In this document: positions 12,509 through 27,500 of the stretch, piece by piece
How the letters are laid out: each line of letters begins with the position of its first letter
Position numbering within the stretch: the stretch's first letter is position 1
DNA from: Fimbriosthenelais zetlandica
Taxonomy: Eukaryota
Reading direction: 5' to 3'
NCBI GenBank assembly: GCA_977030845.1
Contig: OZ365112.1
Location: 17,794,001 to 17,858,000 of the forward strand
Length of the DNA: 64,000 nt
Program-made: the position numbers and the translations under genes
The notes under the pieces: model-generated
What the model was told of the DNA's origin: nothing
Seen by the model: only the letters and a program-made list of their open reading frames with translations
Databases searched by the model: none

Positions 12509-15500
12509 ATGGAGCTTCGTACGAGATCAGGTCTTCTTATCCTGGCCTCTCTCCTGCTTTGCTGTCAAGGTAAGTGTTTCATTTCATTTCTTATCTCAAT
12601 ATGCGGCCTATAAAACGTTACTTTCAATGGGTTTAATGTTAGCCTAATGCTGATAATATTATATCATTTATAAATATGTATGCCTTCATTGAGCCTTTCA
12701 TTGTTGAACGTTGAATATATTCCTTTATTTTCCAACCGCAACCTGCCACTACCCAATCAGTATACCCACATTGCCCAATAACTGTGATAGGGGCTAGGGC
12801 GTGCTGCCTGGTCATCGGTTGAATTATTAAAATATGCACTTTCACCTCATTTTAGTGTTTCACCAGTTCGGGAATATATCAATTAATGGTTTTGTTCTGA
12901 ACAACTATGGTTCTAAGATACTATGTTTCTAACACAGAAGTATGATGAGTGCAGTGCCAGTTGACTAGAACAATATACCTAGGTGATTCCTATACTATTT
13001 TACCACCAAACCTGCTCTTTGTAATGGTTTATGTGCCAGATTAGACTTTCAATGTATTTACCAAGCAATGGGGTACAAATGTTTGTTGTGGTAGAATGAA
13101 CAATCAATAAGGTCGGTCCTGCTATAAGCCTACTGATGCATGACCAGAGTTCACCTATAGTAGCCCCATATAATTATAGATCTATAATAGGCTATAGGCC
13201 CAAGATCATGGCCTGATCTAACACATCACACCCACACATACCTGTAAAAATAATATGTCCTCTCTTCGTGATTGTTTTCAAATAGAAAATCTATTTACAA
13301 TCTATTTGTAGCTACAATAATAACCAGATAGGATTTCAAGTAGGTGATGTTCGGATATTGAAAAGGAATTGCCTCTATCAATTGAGGACTAGATCTAAAA
13401 GTCATCATCATGAATAAACATCTTCTTTCGGTAAGAACTAAAGGCTCTAAGATTGATTAGTTAAGAAAAATGCAATAATTTTGTTATCCCCTTATCTTAC
13501 TATGTGTACCACCCCACCCCTTTGCACCACCACCTACCACCACAACTCCCACAGGCACAACCACCACTATAACAAACCATCATTACATCCGTGTATTAAC
13601 GTCGGTCAGGCATCACCGCCCATCCCTCCATCTAATCCTGGCCTCACCAAAGCTGGATCTCAATTTGCTTGAGGCAGAATATTTTAGCATGAAAGAAAAT
13701 CCCATTGCTACGTCAGAGCTAGGTGCCCTCTCCAGGAGTGTAGTAAGTGAGCTTGTAAGGAGGAGGCAGGGTGGTGGGCTGGTCAGGGAGCTGGCATGAG
13801 TGGGCTGCAGGCCTAGTCAGTGAGAGGCTGAGTGATGTTGGGCCATCCTCTTAGATCTTTCCACACTTATCACATATACTACCCTCATAAGGTACAACAT
13901 TCCTTATTGTAAAATCGTCTCTAATTGGACTTCGTATTTTTCCTGACTACATGAGGAAATTGGTGAACAAAAATCGCTATAATTTTAATATTGAGAAAAT
14001 GTCCTGAGTGGAAAGAGCAAAGTGGTTCTTGTTTAACTGCAATTATGGTTTTACATTTCTGTACTAGTTCTGTTCCATTAGCTTTATTTCCCTTTCTTTT
14101 TCCTGACTATTTTATTCAGTGTTTAAGTGTAACAATATTTAGGTGGATTACATGGTATTTCCAAACAATACAGTCTTTTAGTATAGGTAGTTGTGATTAA
14201 ATCATTACCCCGGGCCGAACTCAATTCCACTGAGACTCCCTTTCCCTCAGTACCATGGCTCATCCCCCTCCGAGAACAATAAATCAATGGAGTTTTTTAC
14301 CTGATGTCGGGTGAAATACAACCTGAGGTACTAATCTTCCCTGATCAAACAGTTACCAAGGCTTTTTAAAAGCCCAGGTGGATCTGAGTGGCCAGGGGAT
14401 TGTTTCATTTATAGTTCCTCTGTGTTATATTAGCCATGTAGTGGTAAGTCAATGGACTAATGGATGCATCTTGCCATGAAGCAGGCCCCAGAAACAGGCC
14501 CCAGACTAAACCTAACAGTTTAATATAAGGCCTAGAGTTAGGTTACATTGCGAGTGGACTTTACAATTTCTTAATGACAGTGTAGACAGTCTGTTGATTT
14601 GGTTTACATTGCAAGCGTACTTTACAGTATGTTGACGACAAGTCTACTGATGAAGTCTTCATTGTTTGTCAAGTCAGCACCCCATTCAAGTTTCAAAGTA
14701 GTATATCAAAATGGTACATCTCCTCTGGTATATAATTGGAATTCTATCCTTTGCCTTACTCTGTACTAGAGTATGTATAATGGGTCTTGAACATTACATA
14801 ATAGTAAATTATACGCGTTCAGTTGGGAGCAGCATTTGATTAATTCTTGCCTTGTTTTCCCCGGTGTATGGTGGGATGGTGTCTTGCCAGCGTCCAGGTG
14901 TGGCGTTCTTAAAGACCCTCCAGGGAGAGCTCTTTTCTTACGCTCGTCTAACTAACACCCTGATTGAGTGAGGACAGACCACACCTCAAGCCCAATCGCC
15001 AGCTGTGGCCCTCCACACAAACCTCGCTTACATTCATCACAAGTGTTTCCTATACCACTTGAGTGTGGAGAAAAAAACTTTCTTTCACGCCGAATTCGTT
15101 TCTATGTTCTTGATCTACTCTAGACCAATGCTCCTGATGCTAAGCTTTGCTTTAATAGTAAGATAGTTAGCTTTCCTTACATTATTCATAACCCTTAAAA
15201 CAAATGTTGGGGTTTTAATGATAATCCTATCTGGAACTATCTTGCAGCTATAGCCATTACATGACGTTTTATTGCACATATAGTAGATTATTTGAGTGAA
15301 AATGCACTTACATCTCTATTCTGTTATTGAAGGAAATTAAAGGGCCTCACCACGAAAATATAGCCAATAGTTCAGACAAAAAGGACAAATATCTCTAGGA
15401 TGGAGTTAATGGTTCAGATCATGTTCCGCTTTGTCATGGACCAATGCGCCATTCATTGCCTCCATGGTTTTATCTCTGCACGGTGGAGGATCAGGCAAAG

Positions 15501-18500
15501 TAGGGAGTTGATTACCTGAGAGGTGAGGGGTTGTATGAGGTGTGTGCCTGGCTGTAGGTGCAGTGATATATCAATAGATTTTGATTGATAACCCTGTTAG
15601 TGTAGACTACCAGTCTTCCATTAAGGAAGTTAACCACTTGGAAGAAGATGTGATAAAGTGTGTTCAATACCAAAAATATATAATAAACCATTGCTGTTTT
15701 CTAGCCCGCACTCGTTTTATTTCATATTAGAGGAGGCCTTGGGTGGATTAGTAAATGGAATAAGATAGGAGGTTGACTTGAGGTCCTCTGGTGCTTCCAC
15801 CAATGGATGCAGTTAAGGTCCCTCAGGGGGTAATCACGGGGCTGCTAATTACGCCCGGAAAGGGTGATTAAAGCAATCAATATAGAACGAATAGGGGTGG
15901 AAGAAAGCATTAAAGAAACACGCAGGCTTATATTAAATCACTCGAGACAATGTTAAAGGGGACTAAGACCGCTTCAGGTTTCTCTCTATATGCTCCTACA
16001 TAACACTAAATAGTCCAACCAAAGTCCGCAGAATGGATATTTTATTGCCTACTCCTTGGGACCTTTCTTTTCTTTTTTGGATACGTTGATAAATGGTACT
16101 TGACGATATTCAATCTTTTCTGGATCGATATGTGACTCCTCTGGAGCTTGGGAATTTCTGCCCGATCTCAATTCATTGGTGGCGTCTATATCGTTGGAGG
16201 AAAACAGAATTCTGTCTGGTCATAATGTATTTTAGGGATCTACATCACATCATATGGACTTAGATCGGAGATTTATGGAAAGTTAAGGAATGGTATCCTC
16301 GGCGCTTTGACGGGGCAGGCTTAGTCAGGAGGCATTTGTCAGGAGTAGCTCTGGTTCCTGAAGGACCGTGGAGGAAGCCCTTGATGGAAGAGGGCCGCTT
16401 TCTATTCAGAGTCTTCGTTAAAAACACAAGTCTCGCCACTTTGATATGGTCAACCTTATTTGTGATTATTTCTCGTTAAGCTTTACTTTTCAATGTCTGT
16501 GAAATTTAACCACATTATATTTTTTTCATTATAATAGAGACCTCTTTGTAGGTTATAATTCTTCTGTTCCTTTATGCCCACCTGCGTGCCTCCATCATCC
16601 CGGGCCGCTTTTTGCCCCACCCATCTCCCTCCCTCCTCCTGCTTAAAGATCCTTCAGACTGCCATCTGCCTGGTGACTGGCTTAAAGCATGCCGTTTATC
16701 TTCATTTGCTCCTAAGTTGGCCTGGGAACCCAGCTTCTGGCCTGTCCCATCTCTTTACGGACCTTTCTCTGCATTTACTATTGTGTCTTTTACTTGAGGC
16801 AGGAGAGAGGGAAGGTGATTTACCTCCATTTTCCACTCCTACATGCAGTGGATCAAGCTCTGCGGCCTTTTTGTGCTGTTCAGCTTTGTCCGTATGCTTT
16901 TCTTTTTATCCTCGCCACTGTCGTCTTGATCAAATACAGAGATCACGATTTGAATAATAAAAATATGTTGGTCACAGTACAAAAAGACAAGTGTGCGGTA
17001 CTATTTTTGATGGTATGGCATGAGAGGTTCGATAATCCAGATGAAAATCTTGCCCATCGAAGCAAGGCAGGTTGAAGGATCATCGTATACCATTGTGAGG
17101 AGTGAGTCGAGTGGTAATCATGAATAGTAGGCAGGGCATATGTCGAGGCCCGCTATTCAAGTATCTGTATGTAGCTGTATGAAAGCCTGGACCCCGGGTT
17201 GAAGAAAGGACTGGTTTCTAAAAGAAGTTCGTAGAATCAGAGTATGGTATATTTGTGTCATGAAAATGGGACAGGCATATCACCTCAGGAAGGGAAAGGA
17301 AGAGATGCTGAGGTTATATGAGACCCCTACAATTTAATATAGGAGTACAGCCTGTTTTTCATGTAGTAAATAATTGAGTTCATAAGCTTAATGTCACCTT
17401 CGAAAACATTGTTTCTATACCATTTACATTCGACATTAAGTCTAAAACAGGGATTCCTGCCTTCCATGGAAAGTGCAGAGGTCGAAACGAACTGCTCAGA
17501 GATCAATAGGCGTCTGAAAATAATCAATTTGTATAGATTCAAAATCAATATTCAATATCATGGTGCTGGTCGCAAGCAATGCATGAATCGACCAGTTATG
17601 CAAATATGAAGGTAGCTGGTAGTGGGATCGAGAGGTGGGGTGGCAATGAAAATGGTGAAATGAGCAATAATAGAAGCTAAAAACTGAAGCTAAATAATGA
17701 GGCAAAAAGAATTCTGGGGGCCACCAACCCATGTATTTGAGACTATCACTGCCTTTCAAACAGGGGACAGAGAGGTAAACCTCGGGCAACTGTCGTAGCA
17801 ATTAAGGTTTGCTGTATCTTTAAGAGAGGGAAAGTGCACAAGGCCCGGTGTGAGTTCGGGGATGGCTTTCCCTTCGGATTTGAAGCATCTTGCCATCTGA
17901 CCGGTGGCTGTCAGACGGTGTCTAGCCAGGAGAGGAACTCCTCTCGCCAGCATTTAACTATTCATGACTTCCTTCAGGCCTCTACACCTCACCCTCAGAG
18001 CTGCTGCTGCTCTGTTTAAAGCCTGACCATCCCACTCTTTCCATCCCCATCAGCCTCTCCACAATAAGGCAATGCCATAGGGGGAATAAACCATTGATAA
18101 GCCCTCGTATATACGAGATTAATGGGTTTTCCAGCCATGGTATCTGAACTACTGCAACTCTCTTAATCATATTTGGCCAAAGGGGGATTGTCAGGGCTTC
18201 ATATTCTCATGTCCTGGTTAGATTGATGTTATGATTTAGTGGGTTCCCGATAACGTAGGGTGTCGTGTAATTAAAGCTCTAATACGCGTATGAAGACTTT
18301 GATCCAATAATGTGAGTTTCTCGATAATATGGAGGATTTAATGACCCGTCAGATTCCATTTGATCGCCTCCAGAACGGTATTGTGAATTTATATTCTCCC
18401 ATGTAGTTCATTACGTTTATGGAAATGGTTCACCTGATTTATACTCACTTAAACAGGAATCAATACAACATTTGTATTGCTTACTTATTGCAGGGATTTA

Positions 18501-21500
18501 CTATCTAAATCCTTTTCGACATCGTTGTGCAGATGATTCTCGAGTATATGTAAATTGTATCAAATTCTGACATGCACATTTTAGCATGATAAATTCTATT
18601 TTAAGCGCAAGGTTACATGTCTACAGCTCTTCCTCAGAGTGTTATGCTATGCATGAATAGTGAGCTGCTTTTAACCTCTATAATGACGTTTGGCAGTTGG
18701 CTGACCACTCTGAGACCAGAAGTCGCTGATGGCTGCTGGGTAAAGGTGAGATCCGGAGTCAAATAATTCCCTTAGAGGGACTTTGGCCCAAATCTTGTCA
18801 CTGCTATCAGTGTGAGGGACCCCAGGCTCAAAGTTCATAGTATTGACTCGTAAAGGCAATCTGATAGCCCCAAACCCTGAAATATCGCCCAATTAGAGCT
18901 ACTTCCCAGAGCCCTCTAATAGGGCTCACTGCCTCAGAAGGTGTATTATTGTCCAACACCACACAAGCATGCAATATTGCCATAGAGGAAATGCCATGCT
19001 GCTGAAATGCTAAAATGATTCTACATTATCTGTTTCACTTGGAATCTGCCTCTACATTTAATATTTGTAACATCGGCAACAGATGGCTGAAATAGGATTG
19101 CAATTCATTTCTGAGCGCAGAACTTTGAGAACTATTCAATTAGAACTATAAATGTCTGCCATCCATGTTGGAATTTACCAACACGCTAGTTAGTGAGGCT
19201 TGGCATAAAATTTGAAGAAAGCTTTGTGATAAATTACTCTCAATTACCATGCCATCGGGCGGTATTGAATTCATGTCTTCATTTGCATCATAATGCATAC
19301 CAAGTTGATATATTGTGGTGATCCAGCCGCTTTATGATAGAAATGTCAGGCCTTGTTGGAAATCTTCTGTTATTACCTGGGGAGAACATGTGTTTCTCTC
19401 TTGATTGCTATTCGTATTCATCCCAGGAGGTGGTAACTGATTCGGGCTTCGATCTGTTGAAGCATGTTATGGCCATAATTACCATATTGCCATCAGCTTG
19501 TGCAGGACTCATTTCAATTTACCGGATGTAACTGGAATAATCAGTACCAGGGTGTAAAAAACAAGAGGCTCAAAATTGAGTGCAAAAAAGGCACTTGACA
19601 GAAAAGCTTCATGTCAAGCATATCCAGATAGGCGGTGAAAAGAAGCTTAAATATTGCGTATGAAGGGTTTTATAGACAAGTGTCATCGATATGCTGTGGC
19701 ATCCACTCGGGCATTGATTTATGGGAAGAAAAGCCAGGATCTAGTGTCTTTGGGTGCTGGAAAATAGGAATTCAACTGCCAGTATAATTTGATGGTAATT
19801 TTCATCCCAATTTAGATACCAGCATACAGATATTTCACAGAAAATTACTTCCTTTTCTCTTTCAATGCCATCACATTATATTGAGCCATTTTATTGAGCC
19901 ATAAAACCTGCTTACATTTCTCAAGAAATAACTGAAAGTAATCAAGATGTTGCTGTATTTCCTCGAACATTAATATCAGGACTAGAATTGCCTTTGTCTC
20001 ACACGAGTATCTATTATTAGGTGTTCAGTTCACATGAATTGTGGATGAAGTCTGATCATCAAACGTTGTGATGTCAGTTTCTTGTCCCTCTGAGACAGAA
20101 TAGTTAATGCCAATGCGAAGAGAGCTAGGAAAGAAAAAGATGAAAGGCACTGGGAACCATCTTTGGCCTATTCTGATGTTGATTATTTCAGAACAAGAAG
20201 TCCCACTTTGATTTGAAAGGATTTTTGATGGTCATGTGACCCATTGACGACAGGATTCCCGAAACAGATAATCAATAGCCGATACTGGTGTTTCCTTATC
20301 CGGTAATCTGGTATACAGTTTACCTCTGTCTCTCCTATATGTCTGTTGTTGTGCTATCGACTATGAAGATTTCTATTGGATTGTGAAATAGGTCGAGCAG
20401 CAACAAATTGCCCTCTTCCTCTTAAGGGCCTTTCTGTGACCTGACACAAGCCTTCAGTTTCCACGAGTAAATGTTTTATACCGGCTGATCATTGAACTGG
20501 TCATGCGACTGCTCAATCCATCCACTCTGGTGGAATCCCAATTTGCCGCTTCGTGAAGTCAGGCAAACGTCTAGAAGGGTGAGTTACAGCAAATCCCGGC
20601 CGGCCATACCCACCACCCTGTATACTCACTGCTCCATCCCACTTTAATTACACCAGTTTGTGTCTGGTGGAAGTGACCGAGATAAAAGTATTCCATTTGT
20701 CTCCCAGGGACAGAGCTCCTCCTGGTGTTGCTTCTATTTGTTGTACACCTTGCTGACAGGCTATGGGAGAAAAATGGTTAACTGAGGTATCCTTCATGTC
20801 CTCCATATATTATACTGCTTTTTATGGATCAATTTTATGACATTTTCCTGCAGTAAGCCGGTAATTGTTCATCAGGATAATGACAGCTGAGGGATTATAA
20901 TGATGAATAACAGCTGGTAATCACCAACAAGCCGGCTCTATAGGCTGCCTGCACTAGGCTGAATAATGACAAAATCCAGATACTGACCATTAAGGGGCAG
21001 ATAATGACCAAGAGCTGCTCATATTGACCTCTTAAGGCTCATTATGACTTCACCATTATAATCTATGTGTTGTGCTTTTATCCCCCGACCTACTTTTTCT
21101 TATACTCTTTCTTCAAACTTATCCAGTGAGTTTTACTTCCAAATGTATTAAACTCAAATATTTCCAATAGCGCAGAGTCAATATAAGTATAAATCTACAT
21201 ACACAAGTGAATATTGATGAAAGTCACAATGGATCAAATCATCCATTGATCCTCCATAGTCCACCATTTTCCGTTATTACATCGAGATTATAGACGTAAC
21301 TGGAGGCAGGTTATTGTGGGATGTGCCTATTCTAGAGGTCACCTAGGGCGAATATCCTATCCTTACCTGAAAGTGACTATTGAATTTCTATTATATGCAT
21401 TAGTCCATATGTATATTTGATGAGTCAACTCTGTGGCATGACCTTGAGTTCTTCAGTAAACACTGGATCATGTTTTTTTCCATCGCAGTGTCTGGGCTAC

Positions 21501-24500
21501 TGGCAGAGGCCTACAACTAATGTTAAGTCATTCATATGACACGTCTTCAACATGAATCCATTTCCTGTCTGAGCAATAAGAATAAGCTTTGGAGAGAGCA
21601 TGGAGAGATATAAATTAAAGTTGTCTTTTGCATCTATGACAGGTAGAGGGACTAGAGAGGTGGAGAATGACTAATTTCTTCCTCTGGTCCACATTTCATA
21701 CTTGCCTTGTTCCCACTGGTGGTTCCCTACTGTCATTGAAAAAGGGGCATAGGAGATATTGCCCCCTGATTGCTCTGTAGGGAGGCCTTCCTGACGGTGT
21801 TATTTGTCAATTGTATGGCTGTTTACTTTCGCACTGAAACATTCATCTTTTTGTTGTTGGAGCGACCTTGTACCACACAATATTTCAGTGGTATATTATG
21901 AAAAATATATTAATTTCAGTTATTGCTTTAGTCTGTATTCATTTCCCAAATGGTCAAGATGATCAAGTTGATATTTACACAGATGCATTGCCTTTTTGTA
22001 TTACACTCAAGCTACATCAATTTGTTTTCTAATCTATTTTCTCATCCCTATGGGCTACAGAAAGTGTGCCAATAATATTCGATGGGTTTTGCAAGAGATG
22101 AGGTGAGGAAATAGCTTATTTGACACATAGCGCATTCTGAGGAAGCCTCTTGGCACCAGACTGACCACAGACTGAGCCTTGGGCAAATCACCTCCATCAC
22201 TTTCAAGATGAGCCTGTATTCTCCTGCCTAGTACATTACATATGTGATAAACTATGAGAATCTGGACTGTAGTATTGCTAGAGGCAGCAGGACTGATGGG
22301 AATTTGGCCATTATGTTACATGAAATTTGGTCACTGCGCCAGTCATCTGAGGTCAAGATGCCTCGCTTGCTGCATCAAGATGCTCTACCCTGTCACCCGC
22401 ACTCATCCATCTTGGCTGGAAATGGACTGGGATTCATCAATTACAAAGTGAATATCGAAACAGAAAATAATGGAAAATAACAGAAAATGTGAATCTCATG
22501 TCTGGGGCATGTTGCTCTATGATAGATGTATCTTTGCATTATGATGTTTAGATGGAAGAAGACATGTGAGTAGTCATGTGACAGGAGCTGGAGGCTGATG
22601 GGACTCTCGTATATACATCCATTCAATCTTATCACACCATCCAGTACGTGATCAGTGAGAGGTGGCCACCACCTGCCACTCTACATCCATTTATAACCTC
22701 CTTCTACCCACCCTCTATTTATTTATGACCCAATGGGAGAAGGTGCGTGTATGGTCCTGCACCCTGGTCCTCCTGGCCCAACCACCATATCAGAAGCTCT
22801 GCCGGGGTTGAATCGCCGCCTCCTGCCAGCCATCAGTCAATGACTCAGTCTAGTCCCGCCTTGCCAACTCTATTTTGTGGAGAGATTGGCTCTGTGTTTA
22901 TCTCCGGGCCAGTTTTTCTCTGACGTTAGACAAGCACTGGTATTAAAGGTGACAATGTTGATGGAGCTGAGGTAATACGTGTTAAAGCCACCTCCCAGCT
23001 AACTTCTGCTTACTGAAAGTAGACCACTAACAACAGCCATGTAGCGTCAGAGTATTCTGTCTTTGTAGAAAATGTCCTGATAATGCACCTTCAATTAAAG
23101 ACCACAGCGGCTATACAGATACTGATCATTTAAGGAAGAATTTCCTGGTGAATGTTCTAATGAATGTATTAGGATTTCCCTTAATGGCATGGTTCTTTAC
23201 TTCTGCTACGGGAACATTGAGTCTTTTTCTTGGTAGACATTTTCTCCTACAGTCCCCTCCTTGATTGAACCAATTTGACGACAGTTGAGTTAAGAGATAG
23301 TTGGCTCATTTTGTAATTCCCAGACTGGAGAGTGACAATACCTGTTTTTCAATAATTTTGAAGTATTCAAAATTTTCTTTCCTCACTTCCAATGACCGTG
23401 GATATAATGAGACAAAAGTATCCACCAAGCGTACCATCCAGGATTCACTATTTTCAATGGTTTGTTGTATCTTTTGCAAACGGCTACGTGCATCACGCAT
23501 GGTTAGCAGCTTTGGCGTTGTATTATAAGAAAGAGCTGTCCAAAGGGAAGGTGTATAAATCGATCTTGAGGTGTGACTTGAAAGTAAAACTGTGTCTTTA
23601 AAGACATACAATCACGCATCAAACAACTCCTGCCAAAGTATGTGTGTAGGAGGGGAATACAAAGCAACTCTGTCTTCATTTATTCATTACCGGCCTTTGT
23701 GTATATATGTTGCTCTTTGGAGTAACTATAGAGTAAGATCCTGATATACTTCCTTCCTGCATGCTTTCCACTCGTTTAGAATTCTGATAATCATCTTTTG
23801 TGCCATCCACATTGAAAACCTGTTCCCCCTTGTGACTTGTGATTCCCGTTTCTTAAAGGATTTCTGATATTGACTAAGCACATGTGTGTTTCAGTTGGTC
23901 ATGGCTGTATTTCCTTATAACGGTTCCCACTTTCCTTCTTGCAGTTTGTCCGCAGGAGGAGGCACAGGATAGGGAGGAGGAGGAGGACGAGGAGGGAGGA
24001 GACAACCTGGACTCGGTAGGATTGGCGGCCAGCTTAGGCTCTCTCAGCTTACTGGAGTCAACCAGCATTGCCAGTCTCTTATCTACAGAAACCATGTCCT
24101 CCAGGGAGCTGGAGGAGCTGGAGGACAATAACTCCAGCGTGAAACTCCCTGCTACCAATCACTTAGAGGCAAAGTCTAACGACAACACTACAACAGTCCA
24201 GACCTACAATGACACTGACCATAACGCCTTTAACCGAACTGACAGCAAGTATGACAGCCGACATAATATGACGGTATATGATGGAAACATTACAACAGTT
24301 GAGCGTGATGACACCTGGATTCCACTATATGACAATATTACAATGAAACAGAACATTTCTCAATCTGGTTTTAATAAATCCCAGAGCAATGATACCCTAT
24401 TTTGGGAGGGGAGTTTAAATATAAGCACAACTGTCTCTCCAAATTCCCATATGATGAAAAACGGTAGTAGTGGACACACTAGAAGTAACATCAGCTCTGC

Positions 24501-27500
24501 TGTGAACAGTTCTATAGGAGCTCATATATCGGTGATCACAGATTTACCATTGGCATCTTCGACACCTCATACCAAGTTACCATCTACCAATCATGTGCCA
24601 GGCTTTCCAAGCGACAAGCACCATTTTGTCCCCACCAGACCAGTCCCTTCTACTACGAAAACTGTCACCAGCACCCTGCTTCCAGTGTTACACAAACCAC
24701 CCCCTCCTCATCATACTCCGCCTCATGCCCCCAATGCACCACACAGGCCCCCTGGTGGCAATGGTCGTCATGAGATAGCGGGCATGGACCCGTTAGCTTT
24801 GGGAATAGGCATCTGTATTCCCATCCTTCTAGTGATCGTTGTTATACTAAGTGTGTTCTGCTATAGGAAGTGAGTATGAATTCACAATTTTGAAAAAAAA
24901 ATTCAAAAAATAATCTTAAGTTCTCAAGTAACAATCTTAAATAACATGACATCAAAGCCCAGACTTAATTGCTTCGCCCATTTGATCTCCCCTGGGATTT
25001 CAAGGGACGGCAATTTCATTGTTGGTTTCTTTGCAATTGGGAAACGTCTTTCCCCAGCGCAAACTGACTTTTCGATAACTAATATTATGTATGTTGTTAA
25101 TATTCTTATCTGAAGCAATCCAAAGTAAAACTTTCATGGCGACAGACTTTATATCTTGAGATAGATATATTACCTTTCATTATTAGTTTGCTCTAAATCA
25201 TTTTAAATCTCTCTTCATCTCTTTTCATTTTCTAATACATTTTCTGAATTCTCCTGTGCTACCAACAGTGTGTAAGTCAAAAGGTTTTTCTCCTATTGTC
25301 TGTTATTACTCGTAGACTTTAGATACAGCGAAGTCCAAATCCCAAAGCTATTCCTTGTAGCTGTAGTGCAGTAACAGTCTTAGCTGCAACATATACAGTA
25401 CCAGCGCCATTTAGTGTTATGCTCCAGATTTTGCTTTGGGTGTTAGACAAGTTCTAGATCCGCATTATTTACAGTACACGTACGTATTACAATATCTTTA
25501 AGGGTTGTGTGTCCCTCCATTCAGATGTATTGAGCCATTTCTTTAGATCTTCCATTCAATGCTGATTTTATACCAATTGTATTAGCAAAAGAGGAATCTT
25601 TTCCACGAATGGAGAAGAAAATTTATGTCCTGTACTATCAAATATTCATTACCCCAGAGAGTATGACACTGAGAGTATCTTCTGTACGCTGGCTGATATG
25701 ATTTATTTACTGAAATGTCCGCTTCTCCGTGGCTGGGGAAAATGATTTGGTGCAGATCTATTGCTCTCCTGGGAAGAGGAAGCCCTGCGTTAAATCCTCT
25801 AAATGGATTAAGATGAATCCAGGGCGGGATGTCTGCTGGCTGTCGATTCTTACTCGCGTGTACTATGCACGGTTGCTTCTATGCAGAGACGAAAAAGGGA
25901 AGCAAATAGTGAGAGAGAAAAAACATAGTCAAAGTTGGTACTCGATCAGCTTGAAAGTACTCATGCAGGGGCACATATCACAATGAGGCTGTGTTCTATC
26001 ATTGAACCCTTTGCCCTTAAGAGAACAGTCACGTTGGTGTACCCAAACCACAGAACGCAGGACGCACTGCTGTGAACCAGGAACCACAAACATGTCCTTT
26101 TATCGAAAAGGCTTGTTCATATGAATTAGTACTTCGATCTTTCCTTCTTGGCTTTGGCAATGCCATTAAGATAAGTTGTACATTTGAACAAAGCTGATCT
26201 GCCGGAAATTATACACATGAACTTGCTTTAGTTGAGTTGGCTGCTTTGCTAGCTCTCCTTCATGCACTTACTTTCATGTTGTCTCATCTTATCTGTGCTG
26301 TCTGATGGATGATAGCAGGCGTTGATTTTATTGACCGTGTGGGTGTAGTGTAGGCCATATGCTACCCCCTATTGTGCAATTCTCAGATTGTCTATAGCAC
26401 CAATTGGGATGCTGTTATATCTTGATTTCCTCGGCTGAGGCAAATGGACAATGTGGGTCGCGTGAAGGTAGCATACATCTTGGACAAGATGGCTGCCGCA
26501 ACATCGGTGAATAAGTGGAGTTTATATGAAGAGTAAAGCCCTGATTCCATTTGACATTTCTCTGACATTTTCATCATAATTGCATTGAGATTTGATGTCA
26601 GTTTTCATCACATCTGTTCGCACAATAGAAGCTTTGGTTGTTTATAGGACCTAGTCAGGTGAATCAATGTTCTTTTGATCCTTTCATTGTGTGACTCGCG
26701 CATGCCTCTCCTATTCTTAGAAGAAGGCTACTTAAAGAAAGTCAAATGGAGATGGCCTTCAAAGGTCTTCCAAGAATATTGGGTTCTGTTTGTACCATTC
26801 ATATCCATCATGCTACACAATCCCTGGATCATGTGGAAGGCTAGATATAGATAATAAAGATAATAAATATCAGAACCTGCGAACGGAAGAAAAAAGCCAT
26901 TCCCCATTTTGCCATGCCATTTTGTGTCCAAATATTCTGAGATCCATGAAATGAATTGCTTTCTTATTTGATTGGTGTCATACGTTGATCCATATATTTT
27001 CCTGTTTCACCAAAAGGGCTTTAGCCGTATCGATGTCGAATAATACCATTTCTATTCATTCTATGACAACTGTGGCTGGCTGGTGTTTTGGTCAGTTGTT
27101 GGATGTTCTTGCTTCTAGCCCACATTATAGAATGGGCTTTAGTGGCGTGGAGAAAATGGCCCTGCCACTAACTCTCCCATGAGATGCTCATTTCAAATCT
27201 CCGCCCACAGCCCCAGCCTCCATGGCAGTGAAGGGCCCTGCGGTATGACATTAAAGTGGATGCGGATGTAATAGATGATCCACCATGGTGGAGGGCAGTA
27301 AGAGATTCTGGCGCCTGCTCCGTGTATCACATACTTACGACTTGCTCATGTGCAGTTTTGCTTTACTGGTACATAGGAAAACCTGTGAATAGTAATCGGT
27401 TCCCAAATATATTTCACACTTTCTTTAAGCGTTTTATTTTATCTAGGCAGTATTTTCTGTTTTATATATTATATCTAAGATTGGACATTGTGGTTCGTTC

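Noticed and set aside
13154-13199. 16-bp palindrome ATTATAGATCTATAAT with partial outer arms
   Set aside because: It is short and AT-rich; chance or a tiny MITE relic cannot be distinguished.
22770-22830. Possible tRNA-derived SINE A/B boxes
   Set aside because: The B box is defective (GGTTGAATC) and I see no cloverleaf or tail.
23306-23611. 101-aa minus ORF faintly resembling a Penelope GIY-YIG C-terminus (ESWMVRL..P.SL)
   Set aside because: There is no GIY/YIG motif and no adjacent RT; similarity is too weak to call.
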